Source: Acidobacteriota bacterium
GTDB lineage: Bacteria; Acidobacteriota; Holophagae; Acanthopleuribacterales; Acanthopleuribacteraceae
Length of the DNA: 64,000 nucleotides
Reading direction: 5' to 3'
NCBI GenBank assembly: GCA_002747255.1
Contig: PDUC01000036.1
Span: 16,732-80,731 of the forward strand
The position numbers and the translations under genes were made by a program. Shown piece by piece: positions 45,455 to 56,336 of the stretch. Each line of letters starts with the position of its first letter. The stretch's first letter is position 1. The notes under the pieces were generated by a model, which was not told the origin of the DNA, made no database searches, and saw nothing but the letters and a program-made list of their open reading frames with translations.

Positions 45455-45789
45455 ACTTAAACGGTATTCTGTTAGTAGCCGGTCAAGAAGCGGTCAAGCA
45501 GCAAACGGAGCCATGGTATGGAATGATCCCCTGGCTTGTCCTCTTCGCCTTGATGTACTTCTTCTATCTGAGGCCCAACTTAAAGCAGCAGAAAGAGCAG
45601 CGTAACATGCTCAGCAACCTGAAAGCAGGCGATAAAATTATCACCAACGGCGGCATCTGGGGAGACATCGATTCTATCGACGATCAACGTATTCGCTTGA
45701 AGGTGGCCGACAAGGTCAAGATAACCATAAGTAGAAATTGCGTTCACGCCTTGCAGTCAAAAGTAACGGAAACAGACAAAAAATCCTGA
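45451..45789 (+). CDS. yajC: preprotein translocase subunit YajC
   Basis: Single TM followed by YLRPNLKQQKEQRNMLSNLKAGDKIITNGGIWG. It overlaps the tgt stop. Confidence 0.85.
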
Positions 45790-46140
45790 TCGATACCGGA
45801 ACCGGACTGAGACGGGATACACGCTCGCACTTATCGCCGCTGTTCGGCCCGTTGAATTGGGTTTGAACGATTGCCATTCCACAGTGAAAAGCGTTCTTGG
45901 CTTTTGTCATCACGTTATGCTAGACTGTGCGTCACGTCTGGAATCAGGTTGCCTGGGAGGCTGTCCGAACATCAATTTCTGGAAAACCCAAATTTACTTC
46001 AAATCCTACTGCGGGAAGTCAGTTTACTGCTGCGGATTTGTTCTTGATTAAAAGACACTGATTTGGACCCTCCTGACTTATGATGAGAGATTCCTGGTAC
46101 AGATCGCCTCTTGATCTGTCAATTTGAGGAGAACTAAAAA

Positions 46141-47742
46141 ATGAGATTTCGTTGGATCATTATCCTATTGGCCATTCTCTTGAGCCTTTTCCATTTATTT
46201 AAAACGGCTGAAGGAGAAGAGGGCTATTTTTCCAAAGAACTGAATATTCGCTACGGTTTGGACTTACAGGGCGGCATTTTCATGCAGCTGGAAGTCGATA
46301 CCGATGATGCCGTCCGCCAGTACATAGAAGAGCAGGCCGGCAGTATTAAAGTCAACTTGGAGACATCGGACTTCAAAGTGGGTGCTTCTACGCCGTTTCC
46401 CGCGGAAAAAAAGATTCTTTTAAAAGATGTTCAGGCTCCGAAAGGGGAAGAATCGGCTTATGAAAAAATAAAGGACGATTATGTCAACTGGACTGTCAAT
46501 CAGACCGATGAAGGCATAACCATGTCACCCAAGAGCGGCTTGATAAGCAATGTACAGGAGCAGGCTATCAGCCAAACGGTAACAAAAATTCAGAACAGAA
46601 TCGATGAATTGGGCGTTACCGAACCCATCATCACCCGCGCGCTGAACTCCAACAGAATTATTCTCGAACTGGCGGGCGCCGATGACGTTGAACGCGTGCA
46701 CAACATCGTCAAAGAGCCCGGCAAACTGGAATGGCGTATGGTCCATCCCGGTTCGACAACCGCTCTTACAGAAGCGGAACTGCTCGCACCCTACAACGGT
46801 GTCGCTCCCGAAGGCACGAAGATCATCAGAAATATCAGTCGTCCGGGTCAAACAGCTTACTCGCTGGTTGAAAGTGTGCTTTTAACCGCATCCAATATCC
46901 GCGATGTATATCACTCCCGCGACCGCAACGGCATGCCCGCTGTCGGTATCACACTGGATCGCTCGGGCTCCGAAATTTTCTCGAAAACCACCGCTGACAA
47001 TATCGGTAACAACCTGGCCGTCGTTTTGGATGGAAAAATTATTTCAGCACCTGAAATTATGGCTCACCTTTCCGATCCACGCTTCATCATCCAGGGTAAC
47101 TTCACAGACCGCGAAGTAGGTGACATGGTTGTCAAGATCAAGTCTGGCAGCCTGCCTGCAGAAGTCAGAATTCTCGAAGAACGCGTTATCGGTCCCACAC
47201 TCGGTAGAGACTCCATCGAGCAAGGCGCCAAAGCGGCTGCTCTGGGTATCATTCTGGTTGTCATTTTCATGTTGGTCTGGTACCGCCGGGCCGGTTTCTA
47301 TTCCGTCCTTGCCCTAGTGCTGAACCTGATCTTCATTCTCGGCATGCTTTCCGCAATCGGCTCCGTTCTCACTCTGCCAGGTATTGCGGGCTTTATTCTA
47401 ACTATCGGTATGGCGGTTGATGCCAACGTGCTTGTCTTTGAACGCATCAAGGAGGAGCTTAAATCGGGTCTTTCTGTGGTGCGAGCCGTTGATGCGGGCT
47501 TCAAAACAGCCTATGTAACCATCATGGACGCCAACATCACCACCTTCATCGCCGCATTCTGTCTCCTTCTGATGGGACAAGGCCCCATCAAGGGATTTGC
47601 GGTTATGTTAATGATCGGTATCGTTTCCAGTATTTTCACAGCTGTCTTCTGTTCACGAACATTCTTCCTGGCTTATCTTGGGAACTCGAAACACAAGAAA
47701 GTATCAATTTGGCCCGTGTTTGCCAAGAGTCCAGTTGAATAA
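46141..47742 (+). CDS. secD: protein translocase subunit SecD
   Basis: LGLDLQGG, a periplasmic P1 domain, and a C-terminal 5-TM RND-like domain (GIAGFILTIGMAVDANVLVFERIKEE). Confidence 0.93.
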   Translation: MRFRWIIILLAILLSLFHLFKTAEGEEGYFSKELNIRYGLDLQGGIFMQLEVDTDDAVRQYIEEQAGSIKVNLETSDFKVGASTPFPAEKKILLKDVQAPKGEESAYEKIKDDYVNWTVNQTDEGITMSPKSGLISNVQEQAISQTVTKIQNRIDELGVTEPIITRALNSNRIILELAGADDVERVHNIVKEPGKLEWRMVHPGSTTALTEAELLAPYNGVAPEGTKIIRNISRPGQTAYSLVESVLLTASNIRDVYHSRDRNGMPAVGITLDRSGSEIFSKTTADNIGNNLAVVLDGKIISAPEIMAHLSDPRFIIQGNFTDREVGDMVVKIKSGSLPAEVRILEERVIGPTLGRDSIEQGAKAAALGIILVVIFMLVWYRRAGFYSVLALVLNLIFILGMLSAIGSVLTLPGIAGFILTIGMAVDANVLVFERIKEELKSGLSVVRAVDAGFKTAYVTIMDANITTFIAAFCLLLMGQGPIKGFAVMLMIGIVSSIFTAVFCSRTFFLAYLGNSKHKKVSIWPVFAKSPVE

Positions 47743-47759
47743 GGGTTGAGGTGACTGAA

Positions 47760-49148
47760 ATGAGAAAAATTGATTTTATTGGAAACAGAAAGATTTTTGG
47801 CATGGTTTCTTTGATCCTCTTTGTTGGATCAATTGTTTTAATTCAAGTGAAGGGTGTCAAAAAAAATGTCGATTTTGCCGGTGGAACGCAGGTCATGGTT
47901 ACCTTTGCCGACTCTTCCATCAAAACTAAAACCATTCGCGATTTAGTTGAGCCCATTGATAAAAAAGCAACCGTCTATCACAATGAAGATGACACCAGCG
48001 CCTCTTTTACTATCAAGATTAAAAGTCCTGAGGTAGAGAAAGGCAAGGAAGCAGAAGCCTCTCTTGAGAGACTGCACAAACTGGAAGCCGGCTTTGCATC
48101 CATTAACAACGACGAAAAGAAGCTGCTGGACTTTGTGAACACCCTTCCGGAAGAAAAAGTCGTTCAAAGCCTGGTCATCGGAAACATTCTGGGTGTTACA
48201 GGTACCGATACAGACATCGAATCCGCCTACAAGGATATCTACAGCAAAATGAAAGAGCAGCTGGCCGGATCCAACACCATCGGTGAACTGGCCGGTAAAG
48301 TGGCTCCCGAAAATGCGGCAAAAATGGAGCAAGCCCTCAGATTGGCATTCCCATCCGTCAACAGGGTCACCCGCGATCTCTTTAACGCAACGCTTATCAA
48401 GTTCAATCCACTCAACAGGGATCTCTCTGCGGATTATCTGGATATAGCCGATCAGATCGTCGCCTACAGAGAAGGTCACGACGACTTTGTAACAGATATG
48501 AACGACCTCACCGCCAGCCTGAAGGTTCAGGAAGGTGAAGACGCTGAAAAGCTGAACGACTTCTTAAAAGGACACTTCACACTGGGTTCCTACAACATCA
48601 CGTCCAATTCAACCTTCTCGCCTTCTATTGCGGCGGAGCTGCTCAGCAAAGCCTGGGAAGCCATTTTGTTTGCAATCATAGGAATTCTGATTTACATCAG
48701 CATGCGTTTCACAATGGGTTACGCGGTAGCCTCTGTCGTGGCATTGATTCACGATGTCGTCATCGCCTTGGGTGCCTTCTCTCTGGTTGGAGCTGAACTC
48801 TCCAATCCGGTTGTAGCAGCTTTCCTCACCATTGTCGGTTACTCCCTCAACGATACCATTGTTGTCTTTGACCGCATCAGGGAAAACATACGCAATCACA
48901 GAAAGGCCGAGCTGCCGGTTGTGATGAATAACTCCATCAACCAGACACTGAGCCGTACCTTGGTTACTTCACTGACGACGTTCATGGTGGTTATTGTTAT
49001 TTATTTCGGAGCCAATGTGACGTTGAAAGACTTTGCATTCCCTCTGCTGATCGGCATTATCGTGGGTACCTATTCTTCCATATTCGTAGCCAGTCCGGTC
49101 TTGCTTTTCTGGAGTAAAACCATTAAACCCATCAATAAAGAGAAATAA
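47760..49148 (+). CDS. secF: protein translocase subunit SecF with an enlarged periplasmic domain
   Basis: ATG at 47760 with GAGGTG upstream (the ORF track start is a GTG at 47751). Motifs: IDFIGNRKIF, NFAGGT-like DFAGGT, and GYSLNDTIVVFDRIREN. At about 462 aa it is longer than the ~300-320 aa typical of SecF. Confidence 0.9.
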   Translation: MRKIDFIGNRKIFGMVSLILFVGSIVLIQVKGVKKNVDFAGGTQVMVTFADSSIKTKTIRDLVEPIDKKATVYHNEDDTSASFTIKIKSPEVEKGKEAEASLERLHKLEAGFASINNDEKKLLDFVNTLPEEKVVQSLVIGNILGVTGTDTDIESAYKDIYSKMKEQLAGSNTIGELAGKVAPENAAKMEQALRLAFPSVNRVTRDLFNATLIKFNPLNRDLSADYLDIADQIVAYREGHDDFVTDMNDLTASLKVQEGEDAEKLNDFLKGHFTLGSYNITSNSTFSPSIAAELLSKAWEAILFAIIGILIYISMRFTMGYAVASVVALIHDVVIALGAFSLVGAELSNPVVAAFLTIVGYSLNDTIVVFDRIRENIRNHRKAELPVVMNNSINQTLSRTLVTSLTTFMVVIVIYFGANVTLKDFAFPLLIGIIVGTYSSIFVASPVLLFWSKTIKPINKEK

Positions 49149-49195
49149 ATCTGGATCTTTTTCTTGAATTTTTGACACAGAAGATTCATATTGTG

Positions 49196-49237
49196 AAAGC
49201 GGGACTTGTGGCGTTTGCACCTGAGTCCCGCTTTTGT
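49196..49237 (+). terminator. rho-independent terminator after secF
   Basis: 11-bp stem AAAGCGGGACT / AGTCCCGCTTT with a 17-nt loop, running into TTTTGTCT. Confidence 0.75.
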
Positions 49238-49388
49238 CTATCTTCTGAACAGTTTCCCAGAGTATCGTTTGAACAAGGCATTCCTTTTTCAACTGACTTA
49301 ATGGTGCAGAACCACATCAAATGATAAAGACTGCACACCATAAACCATTCATTAGAAAGACAAAAGACAACACATACGGTAGCGAGTT

Positions 49389-51629
49389 ATGGCAGATATA
49401 AAAGAACGCGTTCTCAAAGCACTAAAAAGTATAGTTCCATGGAGTGATAGAGAAAAAATGATTCGCTATGAGGATATTGAGAAAGAAGTCCTTAAACACC
49501 ATCCCGATGCGGATATTCAATATTTGGCTTCTGCCTACGCGTTCGGAGCACAGCATCACCATGGACAACTGCGAAAGTCGGGTGAACCCTATTACTCTCA
49601 TCCCGTCGCTGTAGCCTACATACTGGCTAAAAATGGCCTGGACCTGGAAACCGTTGCTTCCGGTTTCCTCCACGATGTGGTGGAAGACTGCGAAGAAGTT
49701 TCGCTCAAGGACCTTGAAGAGCGCTTTGGTCACAATTTGGCTAAAATCGTCGATGGTGTCACTAAAATCGGAAAAGTAAAGTACCGCAACAAGCTCCACG
49801 CTCAAGCAGACAGTTACCGGAAAATGATTCTGGCCATGGCGGAAGATCTTCGCGTTCTGATTGTCAAACTCGCCGATCGCTATCACAACATGCAAACACT
49901 GCATCATCTTCCGAAAGAGAAACAGGTTCGCATAGCCCGTGAGACGATGGATATTTACGCGCCCCTTGCCCATCGGGTCGGCATGAGCCACTTCAAGTTT
50001 CAACTGGAGAAACTGGCCTTTTTCTATATCAACCCGGAAGTCTATGTGGACATTGAGACCAAAGTCAATGAACGCCACTCCAAAGCCAAAGCCAGAATCA
50101 ATTCAACAGAAAAGAAAATCATTAAACTCCTTGAAGAACACAATATCAAAGCCGATGTCAAGAGCCGCATCAAGAGTCTGTATTCCATTTACAAGAAGAT
50201 GAAGAACAAGAAAACCGGACTGGATGGCATTTACGATTATTACGCCTTTCGTATCATTGCAGAAAGCGTTTCCGATTGTTACAACATCCTGGGCAGGCTG
50301 CACGGAAGGTGGCATCCCATTCCCGATCGCATCAAGGATTTCATTGCCACACCCAAACCCAATTTATATCAATCCCTGCACACCACCCTTGCCGGCCAGC
50401 AGGGCCAACCCTTTGAAGTACAAATACGAACAAAAACCATGGATCGTATCGCGGAAGATGGTGTGGCAGCTCACTGGACCTACAAACAGGGCAGACTGCA
50501 ATCCATCGGCACCCATAAGTATTCCAAATGGCTCAAGAAGCTCGTTACCGATCGGGATCCCGATATCAAGGGCGTTGACTACATTGAATCCATAAAAGGC
50601 GATCTGGTTCCAAATGAAATTCTGGTTTTTACCCCTACGGGAGAAATAAAAACACTGAAGTCCGGAGCCACGGTTCTCGACTTTGCCTATCATATCCACA
50701 CCGATTTAGGTCACAGAACAACGGGTGGAAGAGTGGATGGCGCTCAAGTAGGAATGAGGACCAAGTTAAAGAATGGCCAGACCGTTGAAATTCTAACCAG
50801 CAAAAAACAAAAGCCATCAGAAGAATGGCTCTCCTTTGCCGTTACCAGCTCGGCACGATCGAAAATACGGAATTGGCTGAACTCAGAAAAACGCCATAAA
50901 TCCATTGAAATAGGACGCGCTCTTTTTGAAAAAGAAATCAAGAAGATGAAAATTCCACTCAAAACCGTTTCCAATAAAGTCATCCAGGAAAAACTGGGTG
51001 AATTGAACTTCAAAAAAATGGATGACTTCTATTCTGCCATCGGTTTAGGAAACATGACGCCCAGACGCGCCATCCTACCTTTTGTTCCAGAGGAAATTCT
51101 GGAAAAAACGCCCAGCAGTCAGGAAGTGCGGGAAAACCGCATTAAAAAAGCGATCAGCAATCTCACCAGGCATTCCAAGCAGCAGGTCATTGTCAAGGAT
51201 CTCAACGATGTGCTGGTCTTTTTGTCCACCTGCTGTAAACCCATTGAAGGGGATCCCATTTGCGGCTACATCACCCTGGGAAAAGGCGTCGCCATTCACA
51301 GGAAAGACTGTAAAAGCCTCAAAGATCCCAATTTAGACAAGGATCGCCTGGTTGAAGACGTCCAATGGGGCAAGATGGACGATACCCAATACTTCAACAC
51401 GCGCCTGGTGATTCACACAGAAGATCGGCAGGGAATGATTGCGGATATAACCAATAAAGTGGCCTCCATGAAAACCAATATCAAGGACTTTGAAGCTCAT
51501 ACAGACTACGATCGAGGTCTCGGTGTCATTGTTCTGGTGGTGGAAGTTCAAAGCGTGGAACACCTCAAAAAGCTGTCCTCTGCCCTGGAGCAGATAAAAG
51601 GCGTCATAAGCGTGGAGCGGCGTGTGTAG
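49389..51629 (+). CDS. relA: bifunctional (p)ppGpp synthetase/hydrolase (RelA/SpoT homologue)
   Basis: HD hydrolase motif (HPVAVA...FLHDVVED), synthetase domain (YRSLHT-like YQSLHTT), and TGS and ACT domains. Confidence 0.93.
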   Translation: MADIKERVLKALKSIVPWSDREKMIRYEDIEKEVLKHHPDADIQYLASAYAFGAQHHHGQLRKSGEPYYSHPVAVAYILAKNGLDLETVASGFLHDVVEDCEEVSLKDLEERFGHNLAKIVDGVTKIGKVKYRNKLHAQADSYRKMILAMAEDLRVLIVKLADRYHNMQTLHHLPKEKQVRIARETMDIYAPLAHRVGMSHFKFQLEKLAFFYINPEVYVDIETKVNERHSKAKARINSTEKKIIKLLEEHNIKADVKSRIKSLYSIYKKMKNKKTGLDGIYDYYAFRIIAESVSDCYNILGRLHGRWHPIPDRIKDFIATPKPNLYQSLHTTLAGQQGQPFEVQIRTKTMDRIAEDGVAAHWTYKQGRLQSIGTHKYSKWLKKLVTDRDPDIKGVDYIESIKGDLVPNEILVFTPTGEIKTLKSGATVLDFAYHIHTDLGHRTTGGRVDGAQVGMRTKLKNGQTVEILTSKKQKPSEEWLSFAVTSSARSKIRNWLNSEKRHKSIEIGRALFEKEIKKMKIPLKTVSNKVIQEKLGELNFKKMDDFYSAIGLGNMTPRRAILPFVPEEILEKTPSSQEVRENRIKKAISNLTRHSKQQVIVKDLNDVLVFLSTCCKPIEGDPICGYITLGKGVAIHRKDCKSLKDPNLDKDRLVEDVQWGKMDDTQYFNTRLVIHTEDRQGMIADITNKVASMKTNIKDFEAHTDYDRGLGVIVLVVEVQSVEHLKKLSSALEQIKGVISVERRV

Positions 51630-51945
51630 GTTGCGTTGCAAACTGAAACGCTGCAAGGAAATTAATTGCGGTCTTCACCGTGCCATACAGCTGTCTGTTA
51701 ATTCCTTTGGATTGCGATTCTTTTCTGGCCAGACCCGGAAGACAGGGTGTTCTATTGTGAAATGAGATCTTTGGAGTCACAACATGAAACAAGCAAAGTC
51801 AATAAAGCGGCTTTGAAAGAGGAAAACGAGAAAGCAAGTAATTGCCTAAGCCAATTTTTTTTTAAACCAGCGTTGCCAAGCTCTTTTTCCGCGGCTTGTG
51901 CTGCTAGAATAACCTCGCAGTGAAACGATTGAAGCAACCAAAAGG

Positions 51946-54150
51946 ATGATCCTATTGCGCAAAACATACCAATTTGTACTGTACGCTCTTTTCATTCTTT
52001 CAGGAGGATTCTCATTGACAAACACCAGACCCGAACTTCCAAACCGGAAAACCATTGAAAAGCTTCCACCTGATGGCGGTCCCCGCTACAACAGGCTCAT
52101 TTTTGAACAAAGCCCCTATCTCCTGCAGCATGCCGCCAACCCGGTAGATTGGTATCCCTGGGGAAAAGAGGCCTTTGAGGCCGCGCGAAAAGAGGATAAG
52201 CCCATCTTTCTTTCCATTGGCTATTCCACCTGCCACTGGTGCCATGTCATGGAACACGAATCTTTCACGGATGCTGAAGTGGCTGAATTGCTCAACAAGT
52301 GGTTTATCTGTATCAAGGTGGACCGCGAAGAGCGGCCCGAAATCGATCACATTTACATGAGTGTCTGTCAAGCCATGACAGGTCACGGCGGCTGGCCATT
52401 GACCGTCTTGTTGACCCCCGATTTGAAACCCTTCTTTGCGGGAACCTATTTCCCCAGGGACAGTTACATGAATCGGATTGGCATGATGGATCTTTTACCC
52501 CGGCTTCACGATACGTGGACCAGCAAACGCTATCGCGTCGAGCAGTCGGCCAACCAGATTTTAGACGCTGTTTTCAAAAAGGATGCCGGTTCACAGGAGC
52601 TCCTGGATGAAGAGGTCTTTGAGCGCGCGTTTGAGGGTTTCCAAAAGAGTTTTGATATCCCCAACGGCGGATTTGGGCAAGCGCCCAAGTTCCCCACTCC
52701 GCACCAGTACCGCTTCCTCTTGCGCTATGCCAAGAGAAAAGAAAACAAACAAGCCCTGAACATGGTCACTTCCACTTTGAGAAAAATGCGACAGGGCGGC
52801 ATTTTCGACCAACTGGGTCTGGGTTTTCACCGCTATTCGGTGGATGCCGAGTGGCTTGTGCCCCACTTTGAAAAGATGCTCTACGATCAGGCGCTGCTGG
52901 CCATGCTCTACCTTGAAACCTATCAAGTGACCACTGATGCGTTTTTCAAGCACACCGCTGAAGAAATTTTCGAATACGTCATGCGTGATCTCACCCACCC
53001 GGAAGGCGGTTTTTTGAGTGCCGAAGACGCCGACAGTGAGGGCGTGGAGGGGAAGTTCTATGTCTGGACAGACAGCGAAATAAAAGCGCTCACCAGTCCG
53101 GAGGACGGCCAGTTCATTGCAGATATCTTTCAAATTAAACCCGAGGGCAATTACCGCGAAGAATCCACGCACCAAACCAATGGAACCAACATCCTGCACA
53201 TGGCCCAATCATACGCTGAACTGGCACAGAAGTACAACATGCAGGACGAACCATTCGCGAAGCGGGTTCAAACCATCAGGAAAACGCTATTCCTGGCCAG
53301 AAAAAAGAGAGTTCACCCCTTCAAGGACGACAAAACTCTGGCCGACTGGAATGGTCTCATGATTGCGGCTCTGGCTCGTGGATACCGGGTGACAGGTAAC
53401 GAGACTTATTTGAAAGCGGCCCAAAAAGCGGCGGCCTTTGTCTGGAATAACATGCGCAATCAGGAGGGCGGTTTACTCCGCAGGTACCGAAAGGGACAAG
53501 CGGGATTACAAGCTGTGCTGGAAGACTACGCCTTCATGATTTACGGCTACATCGAGCTGTATCAGGCCACCTTCAAGCTGGACACGCTTGAAAAGGCCAT
53601 TGAATTGATGAATTACAGTATCGACCTGTTCTGGGACCCAAAAGAGGGCGGCTTTTACCAAAGCCAAAAGCAACCCGATCTGATTGTGCGATTAAAGGAA
53701 TACTACGATGGAGCCATTCCCTCCGGTAACTCCATGCAAATCGACAACCTCCTGAAGCTAGGTCACTTGACTGGAAATCGGGATTACCTATCAAAAGGCC
53801 GCGCGACACTGGCCTCGTTTGCGCAACAAATCAAAGCCTATCCTGCGGGCTACAGCCAGGCTCTTTGTGCTCTGGATTTCGAGTTGGGACCAACGCGCGA
53901 AGTGGTTTTTTCGCTCGCAACTGAAAACGCAGAGTGGATTGAAATCAAACAGGCTCTGGGCAGGCAATTCCATCCGCGATCCGTTTTCCTGTTGCGAACG
54001 GAAAAGAACCGGGAAAACCTGGCCAGGCTCAGTCCCTTCTCTCAGTTTCAAGTGGCTGTGGATAACCAGTTGACACTTTATTGCTGTGAGGGATTCAGCT
54101 GTCGCGCACCTCAAACAGATGCTCGTCTATTTCTCGAAGCACTGAGGTAA
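51946..54150 (+). CDS. thioredoxin-domain protein of the YyaL/DUF255 (SSP411-like) family
   Basis: [43 protein letters not shown], followed by an (alpha/alpha)6 glycosyl-hydrolase-like domain. An N-terminal hydrophobic segment is present. Confidence 0.88.
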   Translation: MILLRKTYQFVLYALFILSGGFSLTNTRPELPNRKTIEKLPPDGGPRYNRLIFEQSPYLLQHAANPVDWYPWGKEAFEAARKEDKPIFLSIGYSTCHWCHVMEHESFTDAEVAELLNKWFICIKVDREERPEIDHIYMSVCQAMTGHGGWPLTVLLTPDLKPFFAGTYFPRDSYMNRIGMMDLLPRLHDTWTSKRYRVEQSANQILDAVFKKDAGSQELLDEEVFERAFEGFQKSFDIPNGGFGQAPKFPTPHQYRFLLRYAKRKENKQALNMVTSTLRKMRQGGIFDQLGLGFHRYSVDAEWLVPHFEKMLYDQALLAMLYLETYQVTTDAFFKHTAEEIFEYVMRDLTHPEGGFLSAEDADSEGVEGKFYVWTDSEIKALTSPEDGQFIADIFQIKPEGNYREESTHQTNGTNILHMAQSYAELAQKYNMQDEPFAKRVQTIRKTLFLARKKRVHPFKDDKTLADWNGLMIAALARGYRVTGNETYLKAAQKAAAFVWNNMRNQEGGLLRRYRKGQAGLQAVLEDYAFMIYGYIELYQATFKLDTLEKAIELMNYSIDLFWDPKEGGFYQSQKQPDLIVRLKEYYDGAIPSGNSMQIDNLLKLGHLTGNRDYLSKGRATLASFAQQIKAYPAGYSQALCALDFELGPTREVVFSLATENAEWIEIKQALGRQFHPRSVFLLRTEKNRENLARLSPFSQFQVAVDNQLTLYCCEGFSCRAPQTDARLFLEALR

Positions 54151-54336
54151 TGAGAGCAGCTTCCCGCTGCTCCCAACCTTACTGCGAAGATGATTGACCG
54201 GGATCGGGTTATTTGTTATACCTTGTGATTCAGGTAACTCTTCAGCATGGTATTGAATGGGATCCTGAATAAAAGGCGGGCAGACTTCTACTGTCTCTGC
54301 TGTTGTAAACATTGTTATTGGAAAGCACGTACCACC

Positions 54337-54933
54337 ATGGTGACAATTGATTCCCTCACTGATGAGGAAGTAGTCGCGCGAATAAAAGCTGGCGAGGTCG
54401 ATCTCTTTGAGATTCTGGTCCATCGCTATCAAAACAGGTTAGTCAACTACATCTACCGCATGATTAACCAGAAGGATACCGCTATGGAACTATGCCAGGA
54501 GGTGTTCCTGAAAGTATTCAAATCGCTGAAGCAATACAATCCGGAATACAAGTTCACAACCTGGATCCATCGAATTGCATCCAACGCCACCATTGACTGG
54601 ATCAGGAAGAAGAAACTCCCCACCTACAGTATGGAATCGGCTGTCAATGAGGACACACCAACCCTGGAACACCAATTGAAATCAACCGCTCTCAACCCGC
54701 AAGAAAGCCTGGAAATGAGTCAACTGAAGAGTCGAATTATGATAGCCATCGATGAATTGCCAATCATCTACAAGGAATTGATTCTTCTCAGACACATCAA
54801 TCATCTGAGTTACGACGACATTGCCAAAGCGGTTGATTTACCGCTCGGCACGGTCAAGAACAGAATATTCAGGGGGCGTGAAATGCTCAAATCCGCCTTA
54901 GCGGAAGAACTGAAAAGGAGGAGCCATGGTTGA
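54337..54933 (+). CDS. ECF (group 4) RNA polymerase sigma factor
   Basis: Start at the ATG at 54337 (MVTIDSLTDEEVV). Region 2 is QEVFLKVFKSL...FTTWIHRIASNATIDWIRKKK and region 4 is LSYDDIAKAVDLPLGTVKNRIFRGR. Confidence 0.88.
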   Translation: MVTIDSLTDEEVVARIKAGEVDLFEILVHRYQNRLVNYIYRMINQKDTAMELCQEVFLKVFKSLKQYNPEYKFTTWIHRIASNATIDWIRKKKLPTYSMESAVNEDTPTLEHQLKSTALNPQESLEMSQLKSRIMIAIDELPIIYKELILLRHINHLSYDDIAKAVDLPLGTVKNRIFRGREMLKSALAEELKRRSHG

Positions 54934-55399
54934 TCAAAGAAAAGACCCACAAATCATGCCGGAAGACGACCCGTTCATTGAAACACTCGACCAGCTCCCC
55001 ATGATCCAGGTTCCTCCCGTCATGCTGCCCAATATCATGAAAAAAGTAATGGACGAATATATCAGGGATCAATTCAAATCCGTTCACGTTCCCCTCTACA
55101 CGTTGCTTTTGGCCATGGCGTATTCTGTTCTCAACCTCTTTTCCCCTTCAGATCTCCCCTGGCGGGATTTACTGGAAAAGCTATTGTCTTCACCTGAAAG
55201 TGGTCTTCTAAACGGCTTCCACTTTGTCTTCAGCATTTGCTGGAACCTGATTGCTGATGCACACCTTCGTTCCCTGCTGCTGGCAGGCCTGCCCCATTTC
55301 CTCGGCTTGATTCTCATTTTAGCTTTCGTTTTTGTGGGTGTAAGAAAATGGATACGCTCCCTGCATCGGCCCGTGAAAACAAGTGAGGACTCACCATGA
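54926..55399 (+). CDS. putative membrane anti-sigma factor
   Basis: It overlaps the sigma gene by 8 nt. It has a cytoplasmic N-terminus followed by hydrophobic segments. The call rests on position only. Confidence 0.45.
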   Translation: MVDQRKDPQIMPEDDPFIETLDQLPMIQVPPVMLPNIMKKVMDEYIRDQFKSVHVPLYTLLLAMAYSVLNLFSPSDLPWRDLLEKLLSSPESGLLNGFHFVFSICWNLIADAHLRSLLLAGLPHFLGLILILAFVFVGVRKWIRSLHRPVKTSEDSP

Positions 55400-56274
55400 G
55401 ATATTCACCACTCATCGTACTTGCGGTTTTCAGCTTTGCGCTCAGTCTGACTGGCTATTCTCAGGAACTCACGCGTATTGATATTCCCTTTGACAAAGAG
55501 CTCTCTCACGGTTACTTTACCTATAAGAAAAACCTGCATATCGAGGGCGGCATTGAAGGCGATGTCTTCTGCCTGGGTGGGCGCACCACTGTTACAGGCC
55601 GCATCGAGGGCAATATAACCATGGTCAGCGGCACTCTTGAAGTCGCTCCGGAAGCTAAAATTACCGGCAAGATCATTACCATCGGCTCTCCGTTTATCGG
55701 CCCCAAATCCATATCTGAGTGGTATGACATCAGCATGAAAGATACCTACTATCCTGAACACTTAACCACTCTTGAGTCACTTAAACGCTGTATCTTCAGA
55801 GTGATGTTCGCCTTCCTGTTCGGCAGTCTGCTGATCTATTTGAAGCCCAAGAACATTCGCACGGCAGGTCTTGAAATTCGGACCGACTGGATACCCACCT
55901 TCTTTGTGGGTTCATTCCTTGCCATTGCCTTTATCTTATCTCTGTTTGGAGCCTTGTTCTTCTTTTCAGAACCAATCGGGCCCATTCTATTCGTGGCGCT
56001 CAGCTGCGTGATGATGCTTACAGCTCTTTTTGGACTCGTTGCTGTTTATGAGGCTATCGCTTACAATCTGAAAAAACACATTATGAAGAAATGGGGCTTT
56101 GTACATGCGTTTTTGGCCGCAGTCCTTCTTTGCGAGTTTCTGTTTATGCTGCCAATCCTGGGCCCGGTCATTCAATTCATTGCCTTCATTTTTGCTGTAG
56201 GAACAACCCTGACAACCCGCTTCGGAACCAATAAAGGCTGGTTCACTCAAGCCAAAAAGGTTTGGAGCGCCTGA
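55396..56274 (+). CDS. membrane protein with a periplasmic bactofilin-like (polymer-forming repeat) domain
   Basis: Signal peptide, then IEGGIEGDVFCLGGRTTVTGRIEGNITMVSGTLEVAPEAKITGKIITIG, then about 4 TM segments. It has a 4-nt overlap with the anti-sigma gene. Confidence 0.45.
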   Translation: MRYSPLIVLAVFSFALSLTGYSQELTRIDIPFDKELSHGYFTYKKNLHIEGGIEGDVFCLGGRTTVTGRIEGNITMVSGTLEVAPEAKITGKIITIGSPFIGPKSISEWYDISMKDTYYPEHLTTLESLKRCIFRVMFAFLFGSLLIYLKPKNIRTAGLEIRTDWIPTFFVGSFLAIAFILSLFGALFFFSEPIGPILFVALSCVMMLTALFGLVAVYEAIAYNLKKHIMKKWGFVHAFLAAVLLCEFLFMLPILGPVIQFIAFIFAVGTTLTTRFGTNKGWFTQAKKVWSA

Positions 56275-56336
56275 TTGACTTCATCTGTTTGATGCTCTAT
56301 ATTCAAAACCCGACATACAATCAATGAGGGGTTTTA

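Noticed and set aside
45857-46051. Cys-rich 64-aa ORF (10 Cys) in the yajC-secD gap, considered as a possible small secreted or RiPP-like peptide.
   Set aside because: It has a TTG start with no Shine-Dalgarno, no signal or leader pattern, and no neighbouring maturation genes. It is more likely a chance ORF in a GC-richer spacer.
49422-50078. Long antisense or alternative-frame ORFs inside well-supported genes: 49422..50078, 52591..53208, 47943..48479, 27929..28588, 37171..37710, 25183..25617, 56444..56860, 59630..60052, 1509..1925, and many 60-120-aa ORFs.
   Set aside because: Each lies entirely within, and opposite to or out of frame with, a gene that has strong family motifs (relA, yyaL, secF, wzy-like, gspJ/K, and others). 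Their translations are low-complexity or Arg/Ser/Leu-rich shadow sequences with no signal, Shine-Dalgarno or motif.
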